A DNA stretch of 64,000 bases from Ignavibacteriota bacterium (GCA_963801355.1 CAWDEM010000004.1:160001-224000), one strand, 5' to 3'; shown: positions 48,883-58,988, counted from the stretch's first letter. The notes: a model not told the origin generated them from the letters alone. Numbers and translations: made by a program.

Positions 48883-51315
48883 CTAAATGGTGACCCGGTA
48901 GCGCAGATTGACGATGCTGTCATTCATGCCATCGTCGGTGCGGAAATATGTGCCCTGCATCTGGAAGCTCATATCGGGTCTGACGTACCATTCCACCCCC
49001 AGATCAACGGCTGTGCGCCGGTAATCGCCGAATGTCGGCGCAATGGTACCGGTGAGCGTCAGCACTTCCCTGATCAGCGCATAGCGTCCCATAAGGGAAA
49101 CCGCCGTGTAGTTCCAATCGACACTCTGGCCGGGAGCCCGGCTGACGGGCATGCTGTTCCTGTGCACCCCGACGCTCACGACTGTCTGCAGGGGTATTGC
49201 GTACTGTGTGGTGAGGCCGGCTTCACCCGAGAAACCTGAAAGGTTGTACTTGCGCACGGTTTCATCGGTGCGCTTCGAGGTGGAAAGACTGAGCGTGGCC
49301 GTGTGCCGCGCCGCCAGCTGAAAATCGTACGAGGTTTGCAGGTACAGGCGTACTGTCGCATCCAGGATTGCGGAGAGTGAATCCGGGCCGGCCGTGGACA
49401 GGCTGTTGTCATTGCTGTACTGCGAGAACCCCGCCGTCACCATCGGCATGTCAAGATGGGGAAACCATGTTGCGGCAACGTTGACATTCGAATATACCGT
49501 TGTCGCTACCTTGGTCTTCGCCGTGTTATCCTCTAATCGCTCGAAACCCAGCGTGAGGAACAGCTGATCGTCCAGCAGCCGGGCGCGGTCGGTCAATTGG
49601 ACGCCCCGGATGTCCGTCTGGAGAAAGGACTGGCCGAACGACGTATAATCGCTGCCGCGGAAGAGATACGTGGCATGGAAGGCGTTGCCAAAATACTCCA
49701 GACCGACGCCGACCTGGTACGCGAGCGTCGAAAGCCTCTTCAGCGACAGTGGCCGCAAATTATCGTTGACCGTGATAAAGCGGGTCAGAATGTCGCGAAC
49801 CGCCTTGATGGTCCCTGGATTGCTTTTGTAGACGGAATCGATGTATGCATCCGTGAAATTGCCGCTGCTGATATCTGCGTTGTAGGCCGTCAGGGCCGCC
49901 TGGCCGGTCAGCTCGACGCGATTGTTGTCAAACCTGGTCATGAAATCGGTGCCCAGTAGTATGTTCTCCTGGGGTTTCGTGCCGTTCCGGATGGAGCCGA
50001 CATCATCGCCGGAACTCAACCAGGAGAATCCCACTTCCCAGTCTTCCCTGTTTCCAATGCTGGGTCGGACCGCAAACAGCCTGCGTGCGTAGGTTCCGTA
50101 GGAGAATTTTCCCCAGGTCGTGCCGTCGATCCGGTTGAACGCCGCCGTCGAGTCGCGCCTGAATTCCAGGGTGAGGCTGTCGACAGGAAACGACGAAATG
50201 AGCGTCCCCTCGACGCTGCGTGTAACCTCACCCAGTGAGAGATCCAGGCCGAACACGCCGTACCTGACGTTCGTCTGCACACCACGCACGCGCTTGCCGT
50301 TGAGCACGAGCTCCGGCAGCGCGGGATAATGGTCTCCGTATCCAACGGCAAGCCAGGGAGTTTCCAGACCGACAAAGTAGCGGTGCTGGGGTTGCCGGTT
50401 ACTCTTCTCATCAGAAGTGAGAAACAGATTGCCGTTGAATTTCCATATATCCGTACGCCCGCTGAACAGCGCGGAGGCGCGATTGTACCAGATACCGGAA
50501 CTGCTGATGTCTTCGTGGCGCGATTCCACCTGAAGAGTTGCGTTGTAGTCAAAAGGCGGCCGGGGCATGGTCGACGAGAGCGGAGTCTCTGTGCCGGACT
50601 GGCGCACGAAGAACGTGAGCACCGAGGTGGCATGCAACCGTCCCATCCGATTGAAGAGGCCCACCTTGACCGTGTGCCGGCCCGGCGCGAGCCTGATGCC
50701 AAGATTCTCCGGCGCGAGAATCACCAGGTCACCACTGAAGAGAGCCCCTTTGGTGACGTTCGCATCGTCCAGTTTGATTTGGGTGGCCTGCTGTACCACC
50801 GCGGTGTCCGCCCGGAGCAGCGAAATGGAGATCAAGACATCGTCAGCACGCAGTACCTCGTTTGGATCCGGGCTCAAGAACAGTATCTGTTCTTGTGCGG
50901 CATCGCTGACGGGGATGCGCAAGAGTTGCGGGGGGGGCACGACAAGCGGATCACCGGCACCACTCCGGGGGTATGCCTCGCGGCGTCCGGCGGCATCAGA
51001 GAGAACAAGGTAGTACTCGACGAAGGGCGGAATAACGCTGGTGGCGGGGATGAGGAATGAAGCGGAGGATCCGCGAAGATCCATTTCCGCCCTCCGGAAC
51101 TCCCGCGTGCCAAAGGGCCGGTACAGCAGGAGGACCGTTGTTGCTGCATGTCCGTCACGCAGCGTGGCGGTGACCATAACGCTGGTCCGGGAAATTCCCT
51201 CACCCGCTGCAACGTCGGTAACAGATGAGGAAAGCTGCGCGCTGGCACCCCACACCGGAAGAAGAAAGAGCATTACCAGGACAGCAAACGGGGATGTGTT
51301 CATGCGTGCCGGCAT
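48883..51315 (-). CDS. Hypothetical large outer-membrane protein (Ig-like N-terminus, probable beta-barrel)
   Basis: Signal peptide; Pro-rich linkers; about 550 aa of amphipathic beta strands ending VNLRYRVTI. Confidence 0.65.
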   Translation of the reverse strand: MPARMNTSPFAVLVMLFLLPVWGASAQLSSSVTDVAAGEGISRTSVMVTATLRDGHAATTVLLLYRPFGTREFRRAEMDLRGSSASFLIPATSVIPPFVEYYLVLSDAAGRREAYPRSGAGDPLVVPPPQLLRIPVSDAAQEQILFLSPDPNEVLRADDVLISISLLRADTAVVQQATQIKLDDANVTKGALFSGDLVILAPENLGIRLAPGRHTVKVGLFNRMGRLHATSVLTFFVRQSGTETPLSSTMPRPPFDYNATLQVESRHEDISSSGIWYNRASALFSGRTDIWKFNGNLFLTSDEKSNRQPQHRYFVGLETPWLAVGYGDHYPALPELVLNGKRVRGVQTNVRYGVFGLDLSLGEVTRSVEGTLISSFPVDSLTLEFRRDSTAAFNRIDGTTWGKFSYGTYARRLFAVRPSIGNREDWEVGFSWLSSGDDVGSIRNGTKPQENILLGTDFMTRFDNNRVELTGQAALTAYNADISSGNFTDAYIDSVYKSNPGTIKAVRDILTRFITVNDNLRPLSLKRLSTLAYQVGVGLEYFGNAFHATYLFRGSDYTSFGQSFLQTDIRGVQLTDRARLLDDQLFLTLGFERLEDNTAKTKVATTVYSNVNVAATWFPHLDMPMVTAGFSQYSNDNSLSTAGPDSLSAILDATVRLYLQTSYDFQLAARHTATLSLSTSKRTDETVRKYNLSGFSGEAGLTTQYAIPLQTVVSVGVHRNSMPVSRAPGQSVDWNYTAVSLMGRYALIREVLTLTGTIAPTFGDYRRTAVDLGVEWYVRPDMSFQMQGTYFRTDDGMNDSIVNLRYRVTI

Positions 51316-51324
51316 CCCAGGATA

Positions 51325-52020
51325 CTAATCCTTATACTCGATCTTCAGCCGGCTGGTCTTCCCCTGCGGGTTGCGCAACTCAAGCTCGATTCTCTTGTTC
51401 TGGCCGTCCTGCAGGGCATCAGCCGCCACCTTCCGTTCGCGGTCCGTGGATTCGCGGACCACAAGAGTGCCGTCGCCGTTAGAAATCCCGGTGAATCCCG
51501 AACGGACTTCAAGAGACCGGGAAGATGAACGGTTGGAAAATTGAATTGCGCCGTCGGTCACAACCAGCGTGTCGGATCCTATGGCTGTGCTGAAGGCACC
51601 GGTTGTTCCGCGAATCGATGCAACGGAGGTTGGTGACGTGAAGCGGAATTCTTCCCCCGCACGTTGCTTTACCACGTTGAAACCGACGACGCCGGTCTGG
51701 ACTTCCACCGATTTCGAGAAGGAACCGCCGGATGTGTTGCCGGTGACCGTGAGTTCGGATTTTTCACGGAGGTGCACAAGGCTGTTGTCTTTGAACTTGA
51801 TGATGGCAAGGGAAGCCGGACCCGTGCGCACCATATCTCCGGTTGACAGCGTTTGTCCGCGGGCGGCTTTTTCCCATGTTCGCCCGGTTTCCTTCCGCTG
51901 TACTTCGAGTATCACTTTGCTGAGAAGTCCGATCGGCGCGGCCGGAGGATCAGTCGCGACGACCGTACCCGGAGTGGAACACAGGGCCAGCATGAGAAGA
52001 GAGAGCAGAATCGGTTTCAT
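51325..52020 (-). CDS. Secreted FecR-domain protein
   Basis: Signal peptide; L.TGD.VRTG..S.A.I.F.DNS...L...S.L and F.SPTSVASIRGT FecR-like pattern. Confidence 0.82.
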   Translation of the reverse strand: MKPILLSLLMLALCSTPGTVVATDPPAAPIGLLSKVILEVQRKETGRTWEKAARGQTLSTGDMVRTGPASLAIIKFKDNSLVHLREKSELTVTGNTSGGSFSKSVEVQTGVVGFNVVKQRAGEEFRFTSPTSVASIRGTTGAFSTAIGSDTLVVTDGAIQFSNRSSSRSLEVRSGFTGISNGDGTLVVRESTDRERKVAADALQDGQNKRIELELRNPQGKTSRLKIEYKD

Positions 52021-52044
52021 GGCAGACTCCAGTGGAGAGGCGTC

Positions 52045-53097
52045 CTACTCTATGGCCGCATTGATGACGCTCGCGGGATTTTCGCGTATCTGTTCAATCA
52101 GCTTGACGAGTTCGGCAGTTGTCACCGGAGCGCCGTTCAACATGATCTGGCCTGTGGGAGACAACGCTTCGCTCCGGATACGTTCGAACAGGGCTTTGTG
52201 TTGTGGGCCCAGCGCCCGCTCGAGTTCGTCCAACAAACTCTGGATTGCCGAATTGCCGCCGCCGCCGTTCACCGTGAACGAGCGAATCGGACTGCGCAAC
52301 GTGCGGCTGCTTCCACCCGCTGTGCCGAACAGCCCTTCCACGAACCACACATAGGTCTTTGCCGGTTCAAGCGGGCGGACTCCCGCGCTCGGGTAGAGGA
52401 AGGAGTTGCCTGTCACCTCTGAAACCACCTGCGGGACGCCGCTGGTGGCTTCTTCGGGAGAGGATTGCCCGGGCAGCCGTTCGAAAACTGAAATGCGCGC
52501 ACGCGGCCCGTCAAAGTTCCACTGGAAGAGAGGAAACTGACCTACGCCGGTGTCATTGTCCATCGGGAACACGAGTTCAACCCGTGAAGGGTTGGAAAGG
52601 ACGAACCTGAATGTGGCCCGGAAGATCTGCTGCTGCGCGTTCTCGACCTCGATGCGGAATGTATAGACGCCGGCGGGGAGCACCCCGGCAGGAAGCGCAA
52701 CATCCTCGAACCGTCGTTTGGCCGCCGGGTCCATGCCGTACTCCCGGCGGATTTCCGGGTTCCGGAGATCGAGATTGGTGAATGACCGGCCGCCCTCGAT
52801 ATTGAACGGTTTCGTTGCATAGTGTAAGGCCGAGGGAAGAGACTCGCCATCGGACAAATGGACATCAAGGAAGAGCCGCATCGCCTCGACTGAAGCCGTA
52901 GCGCCTACCGCCCCTTTGACCCGGAGGTCAATGGTAAACAGCCACTTCGGGGATGTGGAATTGATGAAATCCACATCCTGGAGCGTCAGCATATCGACAG
53001 GAGCGGCAACGGTGGTGATTTCGATCGTCGGGACCTGCGCATACAGCGGCAGCACTGCAGCGACGACGATGGCGATGAGAAGAAAGGATGTTCTCAT
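52045..53097 (-). CDS. Hypothetical secreted protein (Ig/FN3-like domains)
   Basis: Signal peptide; LPAGVYTF, LVFP...PLFQW, LEPAKTYVW; first gene of the cyclase operon. Confidence 0.75.
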   Translation of the reverse strand: MRTSFLLIAIVVAAVLPLYAQVPTIEITTVAAPVDMLTLQDVDFINSTSPKWLFTIDLRVKGAVGATASVEAMRLFLDVHLSDGESLPSALHYATKPFNIEGGRSFTNLDLRNPEIRREYGMDPAAKRRFEDVALPAGVLPAGVYTFRIEVENAQQQIFRATFRFVLSNPSRVELVFPMDNDTGVGQFPLFQWNFDGPRARISVFERLPGQSSPEEATSGVPQVVSEVTGNSFLYPSAGVRPLEPAKTYVWFVEGLFGTAGGSSRTLRSPIRSFTVNGGGGNSAIQSLLDELERALGPQHKALFERIRSEALSPTGQIMLNGAPVTTAELVKLIEQIRENPASVINAAIE

Positions 53098-53140
53098 GAG
53101 ATCGCCCGATAGGAAGTGAGAGAACTACCAGTAAAAATGA

Positions 53141-53169
53141 AGTATAGCAAATAACGGCGTGTCGTGCAA
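53141..53169 (-). promoter_or_regulatory. sigma70 promoter of the four-gene cyclase operon
   Basis: Minus strand TTGCAC-N17-TATACT with TGC extended -10. Confidence 0.7.
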
Positions 53170-53173
53170 ATGC

Positions 53174-54490
53174 CTAGAATTGCATCAAATCGTTGTACAC
53201 CACATAAGCCATGAACGCCAGCAAAAGCACGAATCCTGCCTTCTGAAGCGCCATACGCACTTTTACCGGAATCTCACGCCGGAATATGGCTTCGTAGATA
53301 AGGAAGACCATGTGTCCCCCATCGAGTGCAGGGAACGGAAGGAAATTCAAAATAGCCAGACTCATGCTCAGCAATGCCATGAAACCCAGATACGTGAGAA
53401 TCCCCAGCTCCGCTGTCTGGGTGGCCATTTGGGCGATCTTGATCGGTCCACCAACGGACTCGGAAAACGCGATCTTGCCTGCGATAATCTGCCCGACCTG
53501 CTTTACGAAAAGTACGCTGACACTGAATACGTCACTCCAGGCGCGCGAAAAAGATTCGGGGATCGAGTACTCCACTTTGTGCACGGGACCGTTATAGCGC
53601 AGCGCGTAACCAATGCCGATCATGCCTTCGGCCGTGGGAATCGTCGTGCCCGTCAGCTTCTCTCCGTTGCGCTGCCACTCCACCTGTATTGGCTTGCCTG
53701 CATTGGCCTGCACCAGCGGTTTCACCTGGCTATCCGCACCAAGGGGCGTGCCGTTGATGGAAGTCAGCACATCGCCCGGTTTCAGTCCCATGATGTCGGC
53801 GGGCAGGCCGGATTGCACCGTGGTAACGACGATCTCGGTGTGAGTTGGGACAATGCCAAAAACGCTTTCCGATCGATCGGGGATTGAAGCGCGCGGAACC
53901 TGTACGTGAAGTTGTGCACTCCGGCGCATGATGGTGAAATCGATGTCGTCGCCGGCGTTGTCGATGTAGACGCCGTTGAGAATGGCATCCCAATCGCTCA
54001 CCGGCGTGCCGTTGACTTCAAGAATGCGGTCGCCGCTCTGCAGTCCGGCCTTCGCGGCAGCACTCTCCTGGAGCACCGTCCCGATCTCGGTGGTTTCGCG
54101 GACCACCTTGCCCTGCAGGTAGTTAATACCCCAGAAAATGGCCACGGCAAGCAGGATATTCATGATGACCCCGCCTGAAATCACAAGCATCCGTTGCCAG
54201 ATCGGTTTCGCGCGGAATTCCCAGGGTTGCGCCTCCTGTCCCAGGAACTCCGTGTCAAAGCTTTCGTCGATCATGCCGGCAATCTTCACATAGCCGCCGA
54301 TAGGTATCCACGAGACGCAGTAATCGGTGTCTCCGTATACTTTCCCGAAGGCCCGTGGAGGGAATCCGATCGAAAACCGGTCCACCCGCATGCCGCAGAG
54401 CTTGGCAGTGATGAAGTGCCCGAATTCATGGACGAAGACGAGCACGCCGAGGGTAATCACAAAATAGAGGAGAGTCTCAAGTACCTGCAT
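53174..54490 (-). CDS. rseP: RIP metalloprotease RseP
   Basis: HEFGH, FSIGF, GGYVKI, two PDZ domains, NFLPFPALDGGH. Confidence 0.96.
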   Translation of the reverse strand: MQVLETLLYFVITLGVLVFVHEFGHFITAKLCGMRVDRFSIGFPPRAFGKVYGDTDYCVSWIPIGGYVKIAGMIDESFDTEFLGQEAQPWEFRAKPIWQRMLVISGGVIMNILLAVAIFWGINYLQGKVVRETTEIGTVLQESAAAKAGLQSGDRILEVNGTPVSDWDAILNGVYIDNAGDDIDFTIMRRSAQLHVQVPRASIPDRSESVFGIVPTHTEIVVTTVQSGLPADIMGLKPGDVLTSINGTPLGADSQVKPLVQANAGKPIQVEWQRNGEKLTGTTIPTAEGMIGIGYALRYNGPVHKVEYSIPESFSRAWSDVFSVSVLFVKQVGQIIAGKIAFSESVGGPIKIAQMATQTAELGILTYLGFMALLSMSLAILNFLPFPALDGGHMVFLIYEAIFRREIPVKVRMALQKAGFVLLLAFMAYVVYNDLMQF

Positions 54491-54499
54491 AGTTCTTTC

Positions 54500-55666
54500 T
54501 CACGAAGGGACTACATTCAAGTGCCCGACCACGAATGCACGCGCTTCTCGATCGGCACGAAGGATATCGGATAATTGCGGATGGTGCACCGTGCGGTGCG
54601 ATGCCAGCGCCGCGGTGATGAGTTCAGGTATCGCGCTGAAGGTTATGCGGCCTTCGAGAAACTCCTGCACGGCCACTTCATTCGCCGCATTCATGACCGC
54701 CGGTGCCGTACCCCCGGTACGCAAGGCCTGGTACGCCAGCGCGAGGCAGCGGAATTTCACCATATCGGGTGCAAAGAAGGTCATATGCTCTAAAGCAGCG
54801 AAGTCCAGCCGCTGAAACGCGGAACGCGGGCGTTCCGGGTATGTCAGCGCGTACTGTATGGGGAGTTTCATGTCCGGGATGCCCAGCTGGGCCTTCACCG
54901 AGCCATCCACAAATTCAACCATCGAATGAATGATGGATTGGGGGTGGACCACCACATCAATGGCCTCCGCAGGCAAACCAAAAAGCCAGTGGGCTTCGAT
55001 CACCTCAAGCCCCTTATTCATCAGCGTGGCCGAGTCAATCGTGATTTTGCTGCCCATTTTCCAGGTCGGATGGCGCAGCGCCTGCGCGGGCGTTATGTGC
55101 GCGAAGTCCTGGGTGCCGATATTGAGAAACGGCCCGCCGGATGCCGTGAGAATCAGACGCGCGACGCTCAGCGTATCCTCCCCCTGGAGGCATTGCAGGA
55201 TTGCGCTGTGTTCGCTGTCGATCGGCAGGAGCTTGACCCCGTGTTCCCTGACCTTCTGCATCACCAGCTCACCCGCCACAACCAGCGTTTCCTTGTTTGC
55301 GAGTGCGATGTCTTTTCGCGCTTCTATCGCACGGAGCGTCGGGAGCAATCCCGCAAACCCGACGACCGCACTGACGACCGTGTCAACATCGTCGCGCGAC
55401 ACCACCTCCAGCAGACCCTCTTCCCCTACCAGCACCTCAGTGGCGCCATTCACGAGGCTGCGGACGCGGTGCGCGCTGGGTGCATCGAGGACAACCACGC
55501 CGCGCGGTTGGAACCTGCGGATCTGTTCCATCAGCAGGTCTACATTCCGGTTTGCCGACAGATACGTAATGCGGAAGCGGTCTGGAAAGGTACTAATGAC
55601 TTCCAGGCTGCTTTGACCGATCGAACCGGTGGAGCCAAGGACGGCGATGTGGGTTGTGCGATTCAA
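54500..55666 (-). CDS. dxr: 1-deoxy-D-xylulose-5-phosphate reductoisomerase
   Basis: LGSTGSIG, LANKE, PIDSEHSA, TASGGPF, HPTWKMGSKITIDSATLMNKGLE, NAANE. Confidence 0.98.
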   Translation of the reverse strand: MNRTTHIAVLGSTGSIGQSSLEVISTFPDRFRITYLSANRNVDLLMEQIRRFQPRGVVVLDAPSAHRVRSLVNGATEVLVGEEGLLEVVSRDDVDTVVSAVVGFAGLLPTLRAIEARKDIALANKETLVVAGELVMQKVREHGVKLLPIDSEHSAILQCLQGEDTLSVARLILTASGGPFLNIGTQDFAHITPAQALRHPTWKMGSKITIDSATLMNKGLEVIEAHWLFGLPAEAIDVVVHPQSIIHSMVEFVDGSVKAQLGIPDMKLPIQYALTYPERPRSAFQRLDFAALEHMTFFAPDMVKFRCLALAYQALRTGGTAPAVMNAANEVAVQEFLEGRITFSAIPELITAALASHRTVHHPQLSDILRADREARAFVVGHLNVVPS

Positions 55667-55686
55667 CGGAATTCACTTGTCTTTTC

Positions 55687-55733
55687 AAGGTAACCAAACC
55701 CTGCTTGTATATCAAGCAACAGGAAGCTACATT
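55687..55733. promoter_or_regulatory. Back-to-back divergent promoters (dxr and TPR operon)
   Basis: Minus TTGATA-N17-TACCTT (55715-55687); plus TTGTAT-N17-TACATT (55705-55733). Confidence 0.55.
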
Positions 55734-55754
55734 TCTGGAGGGTCAACAGCCGGA

Positions 55755-57662
55755 ATGACGGAAGTAATGAAGCAACAGAACGCATATCACCGTGCGCTTC
55801 ATATGATCCGGGACTGTATTCTCACGCTTTCGTGTGCAGTCGTGTGCACGGGCATCCTCCAGTCTCAAACGCCGGATGCGCAGGCGAAGTTTCGTCTTGC
55901 CCAGGGATTTGAGCAGGCGAGTGAGTGGGATCGGGCTGCGGAACTCTACCGTGACCTTCTCGTGACTGAACCGGGTAATTTTGCCTATTTTGACGGACTC
56001 CAACGGATGTACGTGCAATTGAAGCGCTATGAAGACGCCGGACGCGTGATCCGGGAACGTATCACACTGATGCCGAATGATCCGATGCTGTACGGCATGC
56101 TCGGGACAGTGGAGTATCGGGCCGGGCATGAACCGGAGGCCACACGTGCATGGGAACGTGCAATCGACATTGCCCCCACCAACCAGCAATCCTACAGGCT
56201 TGTCGCCACACTCATGATCGAAAACCGGTTGCTTGACAGGGCTGCGGAGGTATACCGGAGGGGCCGGGCGGCATGCGGGGATCAGCAACTGTTCACGTTC
56301 GAACTCGCGCAACTTCTCGTTGCCTCCATGGACTATGCCGGTGCAACGGAAGAGTACGTGCGCTGGCTTGAACAAAACCCGGCACAGATCGCATTTGTGG
56401 AGAACCGCCTTGCGGCATTCTCGTATAAAGACGAAGGCCGTGCTGCAGCCACCCGTGTGGTGCAGTCCCGCCTGGATCGCCAGCCCACCCCCGGTCTCTA
56501 CGAAATCCTTGCCTGGCTCTACATGGAGGGGAAAGAATTCGATCAGGCGTTTCAGGTGTACCGCCGCATCGACGACAACTCCAGTGCCGACGGTGTCGCG
56601 CTTCTGGGCTTTGCCGACCGTGCCGTTCGTGAGCGATCGTACGACGTTGCGACCCGGGCATATCGTGAAGCGCTGAGCCGGCCACTGCCGGCACAACGCG
56701 TGCCTCAGGCGATGTACGGCAATGCGTGTGCGCTCAAAGAGCTCCAGGTGGCCGCTGACAGCGCCGATGTTCTCACCGTGACAGGCATCCGGACGGCCGG
56801 CGGTGCGCGCGCGCGCCTCACGGAAGCGGTCGGCGCTTTCAACGCCATTGCGGGGGCATATCCGGGTACCGAGTATGCCGCAAAGTCACTCTATCAGATA
56901 GGCCTCATCCAGCTGCGCCAATTTCAGGATCTGGACGGTGCGGCGAGTACATTTCAGCGGGTACTTGCAGATCCGTCGGCGAACCCCTCCATGCGCAATG
57001 ACGTCCAGCTGCGGATGGCGGAACTCCTGATTGCCCGGGCCGACACGACCAATGCGGCTGCGGCGCTGCAGACTGTAGCGGCGTCCCGGAACGCCACACC
57101 CGATCAGACGGATGAGGCCCAACTGCACCTTGCCGAGCTCGCCCTGTTCAACGGGCGGATTGACGATGCGGTCAAGTCGTTGTCGGCAATATCGACCAAT
57201 CTGCAAAACGACTTTGCCAACGATGCCATCGCCCTGCAGGTGCTGCTGCAGAAAAATGCCGGCGCTTCGCCCCAGGCACTCATCCTGTACGGACGGGCGG
57301 AATATCTTGCCCGCCAGCACAGGACACCCGAGGCCGTACAGCAGTTCATGGAGCTCGCGAAGCGCTATCCGGCAACGCCACTCATCGATGATGCGCTTTT
57401 GCGCGCGGGGGGATTGCTTGCACAGGCCGGACGCTATCGCGACGCGCTCGGCGTCTACGACAGCCTGCTGACACACTATCGCGAGCAGAGCAAAATGCTG
57501 GACTACGCTTTGCTGAGCATAGGCGAAGTGCACCAGTACGGTTTAGGTCAGCCGGCGGAGGCGATCGGCGCGTACGAACGCCTGCTCTCCGACTATCCAC
57601 AATCGGTGCTTGTGAACGAAGCACGGCGGCGCATCCGCATGCTGCGGGGAGAATCGTTGTGA
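55755..57662 (+). CDS. Secreted tetratricopeptide repeat protein (start 55755, 55767 or 55803)
   Basis: Signal-peptide-like segment from M55803; many TPR helical pairs (A..LY..LL...P, YP.S..A). Confidence 0.85.
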   Translation: MTEVMKQQNAYHRALHMIRDCILTLSCAVVCTGILQSQTPDAQAKFRLAQGFEQASEWDRAAELYRDLLVTEPGNFAYFDGLQRMYVQLKRYEDAGRVIRERITLMPNDPMLYGMLGTVEYRAGHEPEATRAWERAIDIAPTNQQSYRLVATLMIENRLLDRAAEVYRRGRAACGDQQLFTFELAQLLVASMDYAGATEEYVRWLEQNPAQIAFVENRLAAFSYKDEGRAAATRVVQSRLDRQPTPGLYEILAWLYMEGKEFDQAFQVYRRIDDNSSADGVALLGFADRAVRERSYDVATRAYREALSRPLPAQRVPQAMYGNACALKELQVAADSADVLTVTGIRTAGGARARLTEAVGAFNAIAGAYPGTEYAAKSLYQIGLIQLRQFQDLDGAASTFQRVLADPSANPSMRNDVQLRMAELLIARADTTNAAAALQTVAASRNATPDQTDEAQLHLAELALFNGRIDDAVKSLSAISTNLQNDFANDAIALQVLLQKNAGASPQALILYGRAEYLARQHRTPEAVQQFMELAKRYPATPLIDDALLRAGGLLAQAGRYRDALGVYDSLLTHYREQSKMLDYALLSIGEVHQYGLGQPAEAIGAYERLLSDYPQSVLVNEARRRIRMLRGESL

Positions 57663-58942
57663 AGATGCCCGGATGGAAATTGTGGGCCTGCATCATTGTG
57701 GTGAGCATGTGTGCCGGCCTGTCACCGGCACAGGACAAGATCCTGGTGATGATGGATCCGGCGCAAACGGATCACCTGAAGGCCTACGGGATAGCATACT
57801 GGGCGCTGACGAAGAACATGGCGGTTGACTGGCTGCTCAACTACCGGGGGGGCTCGTTCATGATGGACGAGAACCCGGTGCTTGCCACGGAGTGCAGCGT
57901 CCGGGGTGTCGCCTTCGCGAGAATTCCCGGCGCAGCTGCGGTACAGATCTATGCAGAGGTGCAGCGCGACGATAACAACATGGATGTCGTACGGCTGGAG
58001 AAAGCTCCGAAGATCGCCGTGTACGTTCCGCCGGGATACAAACCATGGGATGATGCCGTTACCCTCGCACTCACGTACGCTGAAATCCCCTACGAGAAAC
58101 TCTGGGACAAGGAAGTTCTCGAAGGGAAATTGCACGAGTACGACTGGTTGCACCTGCACCACGAGGATTTCACCGGACAGTACGGAAAATTCTTCGCATC
58201 CTTTGCCAGTGCGAACTGGTATCTCGAACAACAGGCGATGCTTGAAAAAGAGGCCCGGACCCTCGGGTTCAAGAAAGTGTCCGAACTTAAGAAAGCCGTT
58301 GCCCGCAGCATCAAGGAGTACATCTCCACCGGCGGATTCATGTTTGCCATGTGCTCCGCAACCGATACGTATGACATTGCGCTCGCGGCGGAGAACACCG
58401 ACATCTGCGATGCGATGTACGACGGCGATCCTCCTGACCCCGACGCCCAGGCACGCCTGGACTTTTCCAAAACGCTGGCGTTCACCGATTTCACGCTGGA
58501 GAAGAATCCGCTGCGGTACGAGTATTCAGACATTGATCAGCCTCCCAGTGATCTGCTCGCGCTTCAGAATCCTGAAACGGACTACTTCACGCTCTTTGAG
58601 TTCTCCGCGAAATTTGATCCCGTACCGACGATGTTGACGCAGAATCATGTGAATGTCATCAAAGGATTCCTCGGCCAGACCACCAGCTTCAAGAAAGCGT
58701 GCATCAAGAAGACCGTCATCATTCTTGCCCAGAAGGAGGGAACGGATGAGGTGCGCTACCTCCACGGCAACTACGGTCGGGGCACGTTCACCTTCTACGG
58801 CGGCCACGACCCGGAAGACTACCAGCACGCGGTGGGGGACCCGCCGACGGATCTCTCATTGCACAAGAACTCGCCGGGATACAGGCTCATCTTGAACAAT
58901 ATCCTTTTTCCGGCGGCGAAGAAGAAACAGCAGAAGACCTAG
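57659..58942 (+). CDS. Conserved secreted protein of the FCB family often mislabelled 'asparagine synthetase B'
   Basis: Signal peptide; HLKAYG..YW, WLLNYRGGSF, PWDDAVTL, WLHLHHEDFTGQYGKF, GHDPEDY, SPGYRLILNN; no AsnB motifs. Confidence 0.75.
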   Translation: MKMPGWKLWACIIVVSMCAGLSPAQDKILVMMDPAQTDHLKAYGIAYWALTKNMAVDWLLNYRGGSFMMDENPVLATECSVRGVAFARIPGAAAVQIYAEVQRDDNNMDVVRLEKAPKIAVYVPPGYKPWDDAVTLALTYAEIPYEKLWDKEVLEGKLHEYDWLHLHHEDFTGQYGKFFASFASANWYLEQQAMLEKEARTLGFKKVSELKKAVARSIKEYISTGGFMFAMCSATDTYDIALAAENTDICDAMYDGDPPDPDAQARLDFSKTLAFTDFTLEKNPLRYEYSDIDQPPSDLLALQNPETDYFTLFEFSAKFDPVPTMLTQNHVNVIKGFLGQTTSFKKACIKKTVIILAQKEGTDEVRYLHGNYGRGTFTFYGGHDPEDYQHAVGDPPTDLSLHKNSPGYRLILNNILFPAAKKKQQKT

Positions 58943-58988
58943 ACAAGTGAGCATCAGAGACCATTTTCCCACCATTTCCGGAGGTTCC

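Noticed and set aside
57659-58942. asnB annotation
   Set aside because: No N-terminal Cys amidotransferase domain or SGGLDS PP-loop, and a signal peptide is present.
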